Shown here: positions 19,665 to 30,584 of the stretch, one piece after another
How the letters are laid out: each line of letters starts with the position of its first letter
How positions within the stretch are numbered: the stretch's first letter is position 1
NCBI GenBank assembly: GCA_963722385.1
Contig: CAVRKK010000002.1
Span: 480,001 to 544,000, forward strand
DNA from: an uncultured bacterium
GTDB lineage: Bacteria > Babelota > Babeliae > Babelales > Babelaceae
Direction of reading: 5' to 3'
DNA length: 64,000 nt
Made by a program: the position numbers and the translations under genes
The notes under the pieces: model-generated
The model's input: only the letters and a program-made list of their open reading frames with translations
Database searches by the model: none
What the model was told of the DNA's origin: nothing

Positions 19665-21121
19665 ATGTTAATAAAATCCATTATTGTAATTCTTTTAGCT
19701 GTAACGGGATTTTCTTCTTTCGGCATGGAAGACAGAGCACTTGAACAAAAAAAAGAGCCCTTAAACTTAACCATCAGCTTATTTCTGCTATTAAGCAGGG
19801 CGATCTTGCAGCAACTCAAGCAGCTGTTGATCAGGGAGCCGATATCGAAACACTTGAGACGTATTACTTGCCCCCTTTACATCTTGCTGTTAGTAAGAAT
19901 TACGAAGCAATAATTACTTACCTCATTAAACAAGGTGCTAACGTTAATGCGGAAGATAAGCGTGGCTATCGACCTTTGCACCTTGCCGCATTGAGTGGCA
20001 ACCTAGACATATTTCAGTTGCTGATCAATAATGGAGCAGAACTAAATGCTCGGTCATCAAGCAGTTTTCGCCTAAGCGCTTTTGATGCGGCTCAAGATGG
20101 CGAACATCACCATATTATGGAATGGATCATACAGAATGGGGGAGTTAACTCTAGGCAAAGGAACAATCTAAGTCAAGAACAACTTGATCAAGGGCTTATG
20201 TCAGGCGTTCGGGCCGGTATTTGGGCGCACGCAAATGCATTTTTTAGAGAAGGTGGCGACATTAATGCACGCCATAATCAGGATAGACAACCCATGCATC
20301 AAGCTGCAAAGAAAGGAAAGCAAGAAATTCTTGAATGGCTCATTCAAAATGGTGCTCTGGTAGACAGTCGATCAAGCAAATCGTTAAAGTTTAATTTTCA
20401 ATTTTGGTCAAATAATCTTAAGATTAAGCATTTTAACAAAATTTTAAATGGCAATAAATCCGCTGCAGATATTGTTAAAGATATCATTCGATTTCTCGTC
20501 GAGATTGAATTTTACTCTGCTCTTGCTGAGATGATTCGCTTAAAAATATGTAAAAATTGGCGGCCTTTACACAGTGCGGCAATAAAAGGACATAGAGATA
20601 TGATGGACTTGTTGATAAAGAGTGGCGCCTGTATAAATGATAATCATGCTGTAGGTGACGATATATCTAATGAGACGATTTTAGGTGATGAAGATGATAT
20701 ATCTGATGAGATGCTGTGGGAGATAGTTTCTAGCTTGTGTATAATGCGTGGACACGTTGAAGTGATAGAATGGCTGATTAGCAATCTGCCGAATATAAAA
20801 AATAAAATTAAAAGAATGTTTAATAAATTTATATTTATCGCTCTACACACGGAAGCAGACAATTTTGAAGTTGAAGAACAGGTGGTTGAAACCTTTGTTA
20901 ATTGGGGATTTGACATTAATACACAGCTTCGTATCGGTCCCAATTCAGAATGCGACAGCGCCACAGCCCTGATCTTGGCTGCTTCCTATGGAAAAATCGA
21001 TGTGGTCAAGCTGCTTATACGACAAGGTGCTGATCGATCTATAAGAGATAGCCTTGGCGGTTCAGCTAGAGATGCAGCAGACTTCAAAGGCCATAAAAAC
21101 ATCGTAGCCCTGCTACCTTAA
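19665..21121 (+). CDS. Secreted ankyrin-repeat protein split by a -1 frameshift at an A8 run
   Basis: Signal + MEDR in frame 1; after the A8 at 19747-19754 the -1 frame reads RALKLNHQLISAIKQGDLAATQAAVDQGADIE and joins ORF 19868..21121, which has multiple ankyrin repeats. Confidence 0.8.
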
Positions 21122-21259
21122 TACCTATTTATAGAAACTGCCCTAGTTTTGCGCATTTTGGCGTTAAGAACAAACCATAGAAGCACTGCCGACAATTACG
21201 GAATAGTACATCTATTTCTTGAAAACAATTAACGCGGTTATCAAGTATCGTAAACGTGA

Positions 21260-21515
21260 TCACGTCAAAAATTGCTCTCCTTTAAGCTCGGCTTCTATCG
21301 GACCGAGCATTGGCTTATGCTTTATTCCCCTTGGGGATAACCGTTCCTTGTCCTTCATCGAGCTTAATTGGCCCTTGCTCGGCATCAATCGTAACCGATC
21401 CTTTGACGCGACTGCTCTCGGCACCCAATCATTAACTTGCGTAATGGCTACCGGCGACAATATTTTTCTCAAAAAACGAGGTATGCAAAGATGAAACTAA
21501 CGAAACGGAAAACAT
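21260..21515 (-). pseudogene. Decayed cupin-domain gene
   Basis: Pieces in alternating frames: LSPVAITQVNDWV / VKGSVTIDAEQGPIKLDEGQGTVIPKG / IKHKPM; the His-containing middle motif is missing. Confidence 0.5.
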
Positions 21516-21516
21516 T

Positions 21517-21545
21517 TTTACATTTTTGCTTACTTTTTCTATACT
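21517..21545 (+). promoter_or_regulatory. Sigma70 promoter of efp-nusB
   Basis: TTTACA-N17-TATACT. Confidence 0.6.
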
Positions 21546-21586
21546 AAAAGATTAAGAGATCGCCGCTAGCTAAGAAAGGGACATCT

Positions 21587-22156
21587 GTGATTGCTGCTTC
21601 AGATTTTAGAAAAGGAAGTAAAATACTTTATAAAGGTGAACCTTATTCGGTTACAGACTTTCAGCACGTCAAACCGGGCAAGGGAGGCGCGTTTATACGT
21701 ACAAAAATGAAAAATCTTATAACAGGCCTTGTCCATGAAGATACTTTCCGGGCTGAAGAAAAGCTTCCTTCCCCTGACTTAGAGTATCACACCATGCGGT
21801 ATCTTTATGAGGAAGGTGGCTTGTTTAATTTTATGGATGAGGATAGTTACGAACAAGTTGCTCTTAATAAAGACCAAGTCAGCGATGTTGCCAAGCTGCT
21901 TAAAGAGCAGGCTGTCTATACGGTTCTGTTTTTTAATGGGAGGCCTATTGCGGTCACCCCATCCTTGTTTATGGAGCTTACCGTCACGGAAACCGTCCCT
22001 GGAGTACGAGGAGATACGGCGCAAGGAGCGGCCACCAAGCCAGCAACGCTTGAAACAGGCCTTGTCATACAGATACCTCTTTTCGTTAATGAAGGAGATG
22101 TGATTAAGCTTGATACGCGTGACGAGCGCTATATAGAACGCGTTTCTAAAAAATAA
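21587..22156 (+). CDS. efp: Elongation factor P
   Basis: HVKPGKGGAFIRTK, PGVRGDT, KPATLETG. Confidence 0.97.
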   Translation: MIAASDFRKGSKILYKGEPYSVTDFQHVKPGKGGAFIRTKMKNLITGLVHEDTFRAEEKLPSPDLEYHTMRYLYEEGGLFNFMDEDSYEQVALNKDQVSDVAKLLKEQAVYTVLFFNGRPIAVTPSLFMELTVTETVPGVRGDTAQGAATKPATLETGLVIQIPLFVNEGDVIKLDTRDERYIERVSKK

Positions 22157-22182
22157 CAAAGCAGACGAGAGGGATACACGCA

Positions 22183-22701
22183 ATGCTCGATGCTTCACAC
22201 GGCGATCAGTACGACCCCCAAGAAAACTGGAGCGATGAGGAAATCTCATCCGATGAGCTATCGCAGCGAGATGCGCGCTCGCTCGTGTTTCATCTCCTGT
22301 ATGCCATGGAAGCCTTCGATTATGAGGTAAGCCTCGAATCTATCGCTGATAACTTCGGTCGGGGATTTCATATCGTTATCAATCCCCAGGGCGACGTCTT
22401 TAAAAAGGCCGCATCAATCATTGCCGAGCGAGAAGAGCTTGATCGACAGATCAAACCACTACTAGCTAATTGGCGCCTTGAGCGGCTCGGCTATAGCACG
22501 CGACTCATTCTCCGCCTGGCACTTTGGGAATTTACTCATACGGATCTTGCCCCATCAATCATCATTAACGAAGCAGTCGAGCTTGCAAAATGCTTCGCTG
22601 AACATGATGCCTATAAGTTTGTCAATGGCGTTCTTGACGAGTGGCTCAAAAAAAATAGACCAGCACCACCTGATGCAGCACTTAATGGATCACCCTCATA
22701 A
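22183..22701 (+). CDS. nusB: Transcription antitermination factor NusB
   Basis: NWRLERL, ILRLALWE, IINEAVELAK, KFVNGVLD. Confidence 0.93.
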   Translation: MLDASHGDQYDPQENWSDEEISSDELSQRDARSLVFHLLYAMEAFDYEVSLESIADNFGRGFHIVINPQGDVFKKAASIIAEREELDRQIKPLLANWRLERLGYSTRLILRLALWEFTHTDLAPSIIINEAVELAKCFAEHDAYKFVNGVLDEWLKKNRPAPPDAALNGSPS

Positions 22702-22739
22702 AAATAGTGGACAAGCATATGGACTTATCAAAAAAGCAG

Positions 22740-23252
22740 TCAATGACAGGCTTTTAAAGCGCATTCGGCGGCATCCACGATAAGCTTATTGACTAAGGCA
22801 GGATCTTCACTAAAAGACTCCAGCACATAATCGGAGACATCTTCTTTGTGCTCGGGGCGACCTATGCCGCAGCGAATTCGGTGAAAGTCAGGCCCACAAG
22901 CGGCTATGATCGACTTGAGCCCATTGTGCCCGCGAGCGCTACCTCCCGTTTTAAAAGTTACTTTACCGAAAGGAAGCTCAAGCTCATCATGCACAACAAG
23001 AATTTCCGCTGGGCGAATATGGCGACCAAGCGAGCCCAAAACGGCACCTGAGGCATTCATAAATGTTTGAGGCTTGATGAGCATAATATCGTGGCCAAAG
23101 GGACTTATGCATGCCGCTTCGCGATTTGCATGCATCCGCCAGTGACCCTGGTATCCATCAGCTAGATGATCAACAACACGAAACCCGATATTATGCCTCG
23201 TATAATAATAGCGGGCGCCAGGATTGCCCAAGCCTATAATAATCTTGATCAT
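22740..23252 (-). CDS. pth: Peptidyl-tRNA hydrolase
   Basis: GLGNPG, TRHNIGF, KPQTFMN, GHNGLKSI. Confidence 0.96.
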   Translation of the reverse strand: MIKIIIGLGNPGARYYYTRHNIGFRVVDHLADGYQGHWRMHANREAACISPFGHDIMLIKPQTFMNASGAVLGSLGRHIRPAEILVVHDELELPFGKVTFKTGGSARGHNGLKSIIAACGPDFHRIRCGIGRPEHKEDVSDYVLESFSEDPALVNKLIVDAAECALKACH

Positions 23253-23264
23253 AGCTCTTACTCA

Positions 23265-23294
23265 AAGAAGGCCCAGCGGTTGCTGGGCCTTCTT
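23265..23294 (-). terminator. Hairpin between skp and pth
   Basis: Perfect 13-bp inverted repeat AAGAAGGCCCAGC-N4-GCTGGGCCTTCTT. Confidence 0.65.
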
Positions 23295-23317
23295 ATATGA
23301 TACTAATAAAACAACCA

Positions 23318-24004
23318 TTACTTCTTGGCAGCTGCTGTTTTTGCTGCTTCAGAAGCCGGCTTTGCTTCAACCGCCTTTGCTTTTTTTGCGTGTGCTTCAT
23401 CGTACTCTTTATTAAGCAGCGCAATCAAATCATCAGTAACATCAACGTTTTCACGTACATAAACAGCGCCAGCATAGAGAATAAGATCAAACTCTTTGCC
23501 TGGGCGCACCGCAAGATCTTTTGCCGCTTTTTCGACTTTTGCAAAAATTTCGCGTTGAAGCATGCCAAGTGCCTGCTCGCGGTCAGCGTTCAATGCTTCG
23601 ACGTCAGCTGCCAAATCACGGCTTCGCTTGCCAAGTTGCCTGTCTTGTTCCTGACGAGCTTTTTCATCCATCAACTTGCTCTTGCGCACCAGCTCAGCCT
23701 CATCGTCCTTAATTTTTTGATGAACAGCCGCTAATTTGGCATAGCGTCCTTCCATATCAGATTGAAGCTCTTTGACGCGGTCTCGCCATTCGTGATACGA
23801 AGCCTGACTCAAATCAGGCGTGATAATTTTCTCAACACGAATATACCCAATTTTGCTGGCGTTTTTTGGCATACCAGGCACTACCACTTGAGCGGCTGGC
23901 TGCGGTAAAATCTGCTTGCTATCGGCAGCTGCACGAGCAGAGCAGGCAAAAAGTATGACACCGAATCCTGCGAGCACATTTTTTATCATCATGCTGTTTT
24001 TCAT
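23318..24004 (-). CDS. skp: OmpH/Skp-family periplasmic chaperone
   Basis: Signal peptide, KIGYIRVEKI, long coiled coil, FDLILY...DVTDDLIALLN. Confidence 0.75.
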   Translation of the reverse strand: MKNSMMIKNVLAGFGVILFACSARAAADSKQILPQPAAQVVVPGMPKNASKIGYIRVEKIITPDLSQASYHEWRDRVKELQSDMEGRYAKLAAVHQKIKDDEAELVRKSKLMDEKARQEQDRQLGKRSRDLAADVEALNADREQALGMLQREIFAKVEKAAKDLAVRPGKEFDLILYAGAVYVRENVDVTDDLIALLNKEYDEAHAKKAKAVEAKPASEAAKTAAAKK

Positions 24005-24100
24005 AAAAGCCACTCCTTGCTCATAAAAATAATTAATTACACTAAAAGTACCCGGATTTAGCCCAGGAGTCAAACAGAGAATAGACCAATATTCGCAATA

Positions 24101-26749
24101 TCAGGTCTCTCGATAAAGCAACCGCACGAAGCGCTTGCGCAGTTCTTCAATCAGAATAATCGATGAGGCAAGGCCGAGCACACTCAGCCACTGAACCAGC
24201 GTCAAGGGCACCGTTTTAAAGAGCCCTTGCAAAAAAGGTACATAAATAACCGCCACTTGCAAAGCAAACACAAGCGCCGTAGCACCAATCAGCCACCGAT
24301 TGGCAAAAATTCCCCGCTCAAGAATCGATTCTTTCTCTGAGCGGCAGTTCCATGCATTAAACCATTGGAACATAGCGAGCGTCAAGAGAACCATCGTTCG
24401 CGCAACAGCAAGATCAACTCTATACCAGCTATAAAATACAAAAAGAGACCCCGCCGTCATAACCAGAGCATCAAGCGCAACCTTGGTTATTAAAGAAGGA
24501 TCGAATAGCCGCCTATATGCCGTGCGCTTTTCAAGAAGCTTTTTCTCATAGGGCTCTTGAGCAAGCGCAATATCCAAAAAACCGTCAGTCACCACGTTCA
24601 ACCATAAGATCTGCGCAGCTCCCAAGGGCAGGGGCATTCTCATCATAAATGCATAAACGACAAGAGCAACCTCACTAAGGTTCGTTGAAAAGAAATACCA
24701 AATTACACGCCTCAGCGTTGCAAAAATATGTCGCCCTTCCCGCAAGCCAGAAACGATGCTTAAAAAGCTGTCATCAAGTAAAATTATATCAGCGGCCTCT
24801 TTGGCAACATCGGTTCCGATAAGGCCCATCGCAATACCAACATCAGCAGCAACAAGGGAAGGAACATCATTAACGCCATCACCCGTCATCGCCACCATTT
24901 TTCCGCGCTTGTGCAAAAGATTGACAATTTTGAGCTTGTCTTCAGGTGTTACGCGCGCAAATACTTTTATCCGATCAAGGTCAAGAAGCTCAAGCTGCTC
25001 AGGGCTCAACAGGCTAAGCTCCTGGCCATCCATACTTCCATCTGACCCAATCAAGATACCCGTTTGCCGAGCAATATGTACTGCCGTAGCCTTATGGTCA
25101 CCCGTTGCCATAATCACGTCAACGCCCGCTTCACGCGTTTTAAGGATCACGTCGCGCACCTCTGCACGTAGAGCATCCTGAATACCCACAAGGCCAAGCA
25201 CATCAAATCGCCCTTTATGTGCTTGATAATACGCCAGCCAATCGTTCGTCTCAGCCTGCTGTGCATGCCGGTAGTACGCAAAAGCAACGGTACGTAATCC
25301 TTGTGCAAGAAAACGATCAAGTGCTTCCCGCGCCTCGACAGGCACTTGCTTACAAATCGCAAATACAGCTTCAGCAGCTCCTGCAACCAGTATAACAAGC
25401 TCGTTTTCGTGCTCAAAAAATCCGATGTGAAGCCTCGTGGTAAAATCAAAAGGGATATCGTGCAACCGAGCATAGCCCTTGCCCGATGCGCCAAGCTTGC
25501 GCGCGAATACTCCCAAAGCAGCTTCTGTCGGCTCTCCCTTGACCTGATAAGTCTTCGTTGCTTCAAGGTATTTTATCTCAGAGTTATCGAGTAGTGACGC
25601 TGCGTCAGCCAAAGCCTTAAGAACAGGATAGCTGCTCGCATCTATAACCTGCCCATGGTGCGTGACATGTCCAGCAACTTGATACCCCTCCCCCGATACG
25701 GTGTAGGTTTCGTCGCCGGTGTACACTGCCCGCACAACCATCTCATTGAGCGTCAGCGTTCCTGTCTTGTCAATAACGATGACATCAACACGCCCAAGCG
25801 CTTCCGTTGCGTCGAGCCGCTTAACTAAGACATGCTGACGCGCTAAGCGGCGAGCTCCCGCTACGAGAGTAAGCGCAAACACAACCGGCAAGCCCTCAGG
25901 AACCATGCCAATAAACATTGCAATCAATAAGGAGAAAAGTTCTTTGAGCGAATGCCCTGTTGCCAGACCAACCACCAGCAATACACTACAAAGAATGAGC
26001 GCTACCATGACAATCAGGTGAGACAAGCGGCTGAGCTCGCGCTGTAACGGGCTCGGGGTAGCGCTTTCTTGGGCAGCTACCTGAATCTTACCAATCTGTG
26101 TTTGTGTACCAATAGCAGCCACGACCGCATAGGCTTGCCCTGCCGTAATGGTCGTTGATTTAAACAGCATATTCTGCTGCTCAAAAAGAGACTTTTGGCC
26201 ATTACGTAAAGCGTCTTCGTTCTTCCCTATCGGCGTAGATTCACCGGTAAGCACTGATTCGTTAACACGCAGGTTCTGAGATTTTATGATACGCGCATCA
26301 GCGGGCACCTGATCGCCAGCCTGCAAGAAAATTAAATCACCCGGTACGAGCTCGGTAGCATCAATGATCATCTTCTGGCCTCGAATGACCAGGACTGAAA
26401 CATTGATCAAGCTTTTTAATCGCTCAAGAGTTCGTTGCGCATTTTTTTCATGAAGCGTTCCCATACAAGCATTAAATAAGACGACAATAAGCGTGACGAT
26501 AGCATCGCTATAGCTCCCTATTGCCATAATAATAGCTGCGGCGATCAATAAAAAATAAATGAGAGGATCGGCGAATTGCCTTACGAAAATCTGAACAAGC
26601 GTGCGCCGCTTTGCTTCAGGCACTTTGTTAAGGCCATAGATAGCACGTCGGTGATCCACTTGTTCGGCAGTAAGACCCGTCTGATCATCAGTGTTCAAAA
26701 AATTAACGACCTCATGGGGCGTCATCTCGTAGATGTTTACCATACTCAT
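24101..26749 (-). CDS. P-type cation-transporting ATPase (P2A/Ca2+-like)
   Basis: TGES, PEGL, DKTGTLT, TGDH, MTGDGVND, QILWLNVVTD. Confidence 0.95.
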   Translation of the reverse strand: MSMVNIYEMTPHEVVNFLNTDDQTGLTAEQVDHRRAIYGLNKVPEAKRRTLVQIFVRQFADPLIYFLLIAAAIIMAIGSYSDAIVTLIVVLFNACMGTLHEKNAQRTLERLKSLINVSVLVIRGQKMIIDATELVPGDLIFLQAGDQVPADARIIKSQNLRVNESVLTGESTPIGKNEDALRNGQKSLFEQQNMLFKSTTITAGQAYAVVAAIGTQTQIGKIQVAAQESATPSPLQRELSRLSHLIVMVALILCSVLLVVGLATGHSLKELFSLLIAMFIGMVPEGLPVVFALTLVAGARRLARQHVLVKRLDATEALGRVDVIVIDKTGTLTLNEMVVRAVYTGDETYTVSGEGYQVAGHVTHHGQVIDASSYPVLKALADAASLLDNSEIKYLEATKTYQVKGEPTEAALGVFARKLGASGKGYARLHDIPFDFTTRLHIGFFEHENELVILVAGAAEAVFAICKQVPVEAREALDRFLAQGLRTVAFAYYRHAQQAETNDWLAYYQAHKGRFDVLGLVGIQDALRAEVRDVILKTREAGVDVIMATGDHKATAVHIARQTGILIGSDGSMDGQELSLLSPEQLELLDLDRIKVFARVTPEDKLKIVNLLHKRGKMVAMTGDGVNDVPSLVAADVGIAMGLIGTDVAKEAADIILLDDSFLSIVSGLREGRHIFATLRRVIWYFFSTNLSEVALVVYAFMMRMPLPLGAAQILWLNVVTDGFLDIALAQEPYEKKLLEKRTAYRRLFDPSLITKVALDALVMTAGSLFVFYSWYRVDLAVARTMVLLTLAMFQWFNAWNCRSEKESILERGIFANRWLIGATALVFALQVAVIYVPFLQGLFKTVPLTLVQWLSVLGLASSIILIEELRKRFVRLLYRET

Positions 26750-27531
26750 CAAGCATTGTCAGGTATTTCTTGATCAGGGTGAACTTTTTGGCCCGCTAGA
26801 TTTTCCATCTTTACAAAACCTAAAGCACTTTGGGCATGGTCAAATTCAAACTCTGATACACCGCAATTTGGAATAGGATGATGGGGACAACCAAGGCTCA
26901 TAATAATAGTGTCAATAACACCGGAGTGCGTTACTACAACAACGGTTTGTCCTGGATTATCGCGAGCAATTTTGTGCAGACATGGCATGACGCGCTTTAA
27001 AAGGTCGTGCTTGGTCTCGCCTTCAGGCCAATCAGGAAAGTGCCAACGACTCTCAAGATCTGGATAAGCTTTATCGAGCTGATCTTTCCACGGCCGATAC
27101 CATTTTTTCCGCACTTCATACGACATTCCTTCAACCGCACCAGAGGAAAGTTCTCCCAGATCTGCCAATGCTGTTACCTTTTTACCTAGAGCTGACCCCA
27201 CTTTTTGAGCGGTTATGAATGCTCGCTGCAAATCGGAACTGTAGATATTTGCGATGACGCGCCCTTTCAAGCGATGAGCAAGAGCTTCTGCCTCGAGCAG
27301 TCCTTCATCATTAAGCGGGACGTCCACCTGGCCATGTACGATTTTTTGCTTATTCCAGGCTGTCTGGCCATGACGGACAAGCAAAAGCACCGTTTTTTCG
27401 CAAACGTGAGAACGGCGAGCACTATTAACTGAGGGGGGAGCGATTGGTTTAGAGCACAGTGGCTCATAGGCCACCGCGATGGTGGATGCGGCGATTGCCA
27501 CGAAAGCACCTAATTTTAAGGGGAAGTTCAT
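26749..27531 (-). CDS. Histidine phosphatase superfamily protein with signal peptide
   Basis: LVRHGQT, SSDLQRA, VVTHSGVI; hydrophobic N-terminus; stop overlaps the ATPase start. Confidence 0.9.
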   Translation of the reverse strand: MNFPLKLGAFVAIAASTIAVAYEPLCSKPIAPPSVNSARRSHVCEKTVLLLVRHGQTAWNKQKIVHGQVDVPLNDEGLLEAEALAHRLKGRVIANIYSSDLQRAFITAQKVGSALGKKVTALADLGELSSGAVEGMSYEVRKKWYRPWKDQLDKAYPDLESRWHFPDWPEGETKHDLLKRVMPCLHKIARDNPGQTVVVVTHSGVIDTIIMSLGCPHHPIPNCGVSEFEFDHAQSALGFVKMENLAGQKVHPDQEIPDNA

Positions 27532-28023
27532 AAGCGGTTCCTTTATTAATAAAAAAAATAGCCTTCGCTGAACACTTAAGTATCACGTTTGATCACTTTT
27601 TTGCTCAGCGAAGTCTTTATTACGGTTGCAGCTTATCACATCATACAGATTTGTCAAAACGACCGCTCTTTTAGGGCGACCAAGCCTACGCCCTTTTAGG
27701 CGACAAATCCAGCCTGCCAAAAACAACCTCTTCTGTATTGATTACAGTCCAATTACTCCACGTTCGGCAAACCCGGCGATCTGTCTCAGTATATCTGGGC
27801 GCAATTAACTTCCTGAGAATGCGGCCTCTTGTGCGTCAGGTGCTAAGTTCAAACCGTGCAAATGTCAATGCCAAATGGAGGCTGGGAGCGTTGCACAACC
27901 CCTGTACGATTATCTGCCATTTTCTCCAAAACCTACCCCTGCCGTAATTCTTGAAAAAGCTCGCAAACCGTGGGAGTATGGCACCCCTCAGCGTCATACT
28001 CCCACCCGCATATTTATTCCATG

Positions 28024-30303
28024 CTACTTCCAGAAAGTCAGCTTCCAGAACAGTTCAGAACTCCAAAGAATATTGAACAAAACTCTTATGTCGCTGAGGT
28101 GAAAAGGAGCAATACGCCCCTCAGGGGCTGGCAAGTAACAGATTCGCACATCGTCCGCGATGACCTTAGCTCCTTTTAACATATACGGATAGATCATCTT
28201 GCTCCAAAACGCATCCTTCAACATTTTTGCGCCTTCTTTGCTGCAAATCCCCGCGCTCGTCAGCCTTACCATTTGGTATACTATATTGGTTACCACCAAT
28301 CTCAAAAGAGCATATTTACTACGTGATAGTCTCGCTCCTATATCATTTACCAATGATTGGAATAGTGTCTCTGCCACGATATCAGCGCTTATTTGCTTAC
28401 TCGCAAGTGTTTTCTTGCCAGTGGCGCCTTCCTTGCTCGCCGCGTTCTGCTGTTTCTTGTCTTTCTCTCGAGCAGAATTCTCTTGGCTTAGCGTGTCCCC
28501 AAAGACCGAGGAACTACCGCTATTCATTACTTGAGCATGCTCATTGGGTACTAGCCCACAATCACCATAGGTTTCGGATTCTGCAAATCCCTTTTCCTTC
28601 TCTTCGGTGAACATCCCATTTCTTCCTAAGATGAAACAATCATCAGCAGGTTTCTTGACTGCGGCTGGAATTTCATTGGGGCTCACACTATTTATTATTC
28701 GCGCATGCTCCTTGCGCAACTCTTGCGCTGATATCTCGGTGTTATTACGAACGGGGAGGTCTCTCGCACGATTAACGAGGTTATCAACCAACCAAGCGCC
28801 ACAATCAGCATACCAAGCTTGTTGTTGTTGCGTATGCAACAACCAAGCGCCACAATCAGCAAAAGCTGGTTGGTGCGTATGCAGCAAGCGGCTCGTAATC
28901 TGTATTCCTTGAATGCAGGCAACATCAGCGATTATAGCGTCTATATCCTTGAGCGTTGTATAGAGTTCATCATCGAGCAATGCCTTGAGATCCGTATCTT
29001 CATCAGGCACCCTCCAGGAATCTAGGTACTCAACAACATACCCACCATCGTCCCCACGGCGAATAACAAGCCCTATCCAATAGTAGCCTGTTGGTCTATT
29101 CCCATAATCGACTATTTCTCGTGTTTTGTTAACAGGAATTACGGTAGGAACAGCAGCAGTAAATGCCCATATTAACTGGTCGACAAAAGTGTTTCTAGCT
29201 TGTTCTTGCATGCTTCCTTGAATTAAGGGGCTTGCAGCAGCCAACACTTGCGCCTGAAATTCACCGTCGCTTTCTTCCAAGTAATAGCGCAACAAACGGT
29301 CAATGTCATAATCTTCATAAGAATACTCAGCATCAGTAAGATCACGGATTTGGGATGTGGATATCAAAGAAGAGTCGTCTGTTGCTTGCACTCCTTGGGG
29401 CAAGTTCCCACCATTATTCGCTATGACATCGCCGGCAGGTGTTTTTGTGGCGACTGTAACTTCATTAGGCTCTCCCTTATTCTCTTCGCTTTTTATTTGC
29501 CCCGAAGAACTACCGTTATTCATTACTTGAGCGTGCTCATTACGTAACTTTTGCCCTGATGTCTCGGTGTTATTGCGTACGGGGCGGTTGCGAGCACGGT
29601 TAACGAGGTTATCAACCAACCAAACCCCACAATCAACATCCCCTGCTTGTTGGCGCGTATGCAACACTCTACTTGTAATCTGTATTCCTCGGGCATGTGC
29701 AAAATCAGCGATTATCGCGTCTATATCCTTGTGTGCCGCATAATGTCCATCATCAAGTAATTCCTTGAGATCCATATCTTTATCGGGTGCAACCGAGGAA
29801 TCTAAGTACTCAACAACATACCCACCATCGTCCCCACGGCGAATAACAAGCCCTATCCAATGGATGCCTCCTCGTGTTCCGCTATTCCCATAACCACCAA
29901 CACTTGCTCGTGTTATATTAACAGGAATTACGGTAACATCAGCTGTAAATGCCCATGTTAACTGGTCGGCAAAAGTTTCTTTCGCTCCCTCTTGCATGCT
30001 TCCTTGAATTAAGGGGCTCGCAGCAGCCAACACTTGCGCCTGAAATTCACCGTCGCCTGCTTCCAAGTAATAGCGCAACAAACGGTCAATTTCGTTATCT
30101 TCATAAGAGTACTCAGCATCAGTAAGATCACGGGTTTGGGATATGAAAGAAGAGGCTCCTCCCGTGCGCTGCTCAATGGTGTTTTTGATTTCCTCTGGAG
30201 CTTTTTCCTGTTCTTTATCATCTTTCTCCATAGCACGGAGTGCCCCCGATGATACAAGCACTATACCGCACAAAATGGATGCAAAAATCAGTTTTCTTTT
30301 CAC
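28024..30303 (-). CDS. Secreted protein with two tandem CE-clan (Ulp1/C48-like) cysteine protease domains
   Basis: Signal + MEK; HWIGL...YLDS...QQAGDVDCG in copy 1; related copy 2 at 780-bp offset. Confidence 0.75.
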   Translation of the reverse strand: MKRKLIFASILCGIVLVSSGALRAMEKDDKEQEKAPEEIKNTIEQRTGGASSFISQTRDLTDAEYSYEDNEIDRLLRYYLEAGDGEFQAQVLAAASPLIQGSMQEGAKETFADQLTWAFTADVTVIPVNITRASVGGYGNSGTRGGIHWIGLVIRRGDDGGYVVEYLDSSVAPDKDMDLKELLDDGHYAAHKDIDAIIADFAHARGIQITSRVLHTRQQAGDVDCGVWLVDNLVNRARNRPVRNNTETSGQKLRNEHAQVMNNGSSSGQIKSEENKGEPNEVTVATKTPAGDVIANNGGNLPQGVQATDDSSLISTSQIRDLTDAEYSYEDYDIDRLLRYYLEESDGEFQAQVLAAASPLIQGSMQEQARNTFVDQLIWAFTAAVPTVIPVNKTREIVDYGNRPTGYYWIGLVIRRGDDGGYVVEYLDSWRVPDEDTDLKALLDDELYTTLKDIDAIIADVACIQGIQITSRLLHTHQPAFADCGAWLLHTQQQQAWYADCGAWLVDNLVNRARDLPVRNNTEISAQELRKEHARIINSVSPNEIPAAVKKPADDCFILGRNGMFTEEKEKGFAESETYGDCGLVPNEHAQVMNSGSSSVFGDTLSQENSAREKDKKQQNAASKEGATGKKTLASKQISADIVAETLFQSLVNDIGARLSRSKYALLRLVVTNIVYQMVRLTSAGICSKEGAKMLKDAFWSKMIYPYMLKGAKVIADDVRICYLPAPEGRIAPFHLSDIRVLFNILWSSELFWKLTFWK
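28690..30150 (-). repeat. Internal tandem duplication (offset 780 bp) plus a nested 51-bp duplication
   Basis: Near-identical DNA at about 29018-29080 and 29798-29860; AACCAAGCGCCACAATCAGCA at 28790 and 28841. Confidence 0.9.
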
Positions 30304-30584
30304 GAAATGTAGCCCTTTCTTAAATCACTTTAGTAATAATTATATAATTAAAAACAATAACGCAATTTAAAGAAAAGTCTATATTTTTACAAAATTTCTA
30401 TATAAAACGATTTCCCCAAAAGATACGGGGCGATGTATCAGCTACGTGTAGCCTATAGCGAAATTCTTTAAGTGATGCACGAATATGGCATTATAGCTTT
30501 GTGCTGAGATCAAAATGCTCGGCATAGTGAGCATGGCCTAATGCATTACGCTATACCTAGCTCTAGCCTTCACTGAACTTTTGT

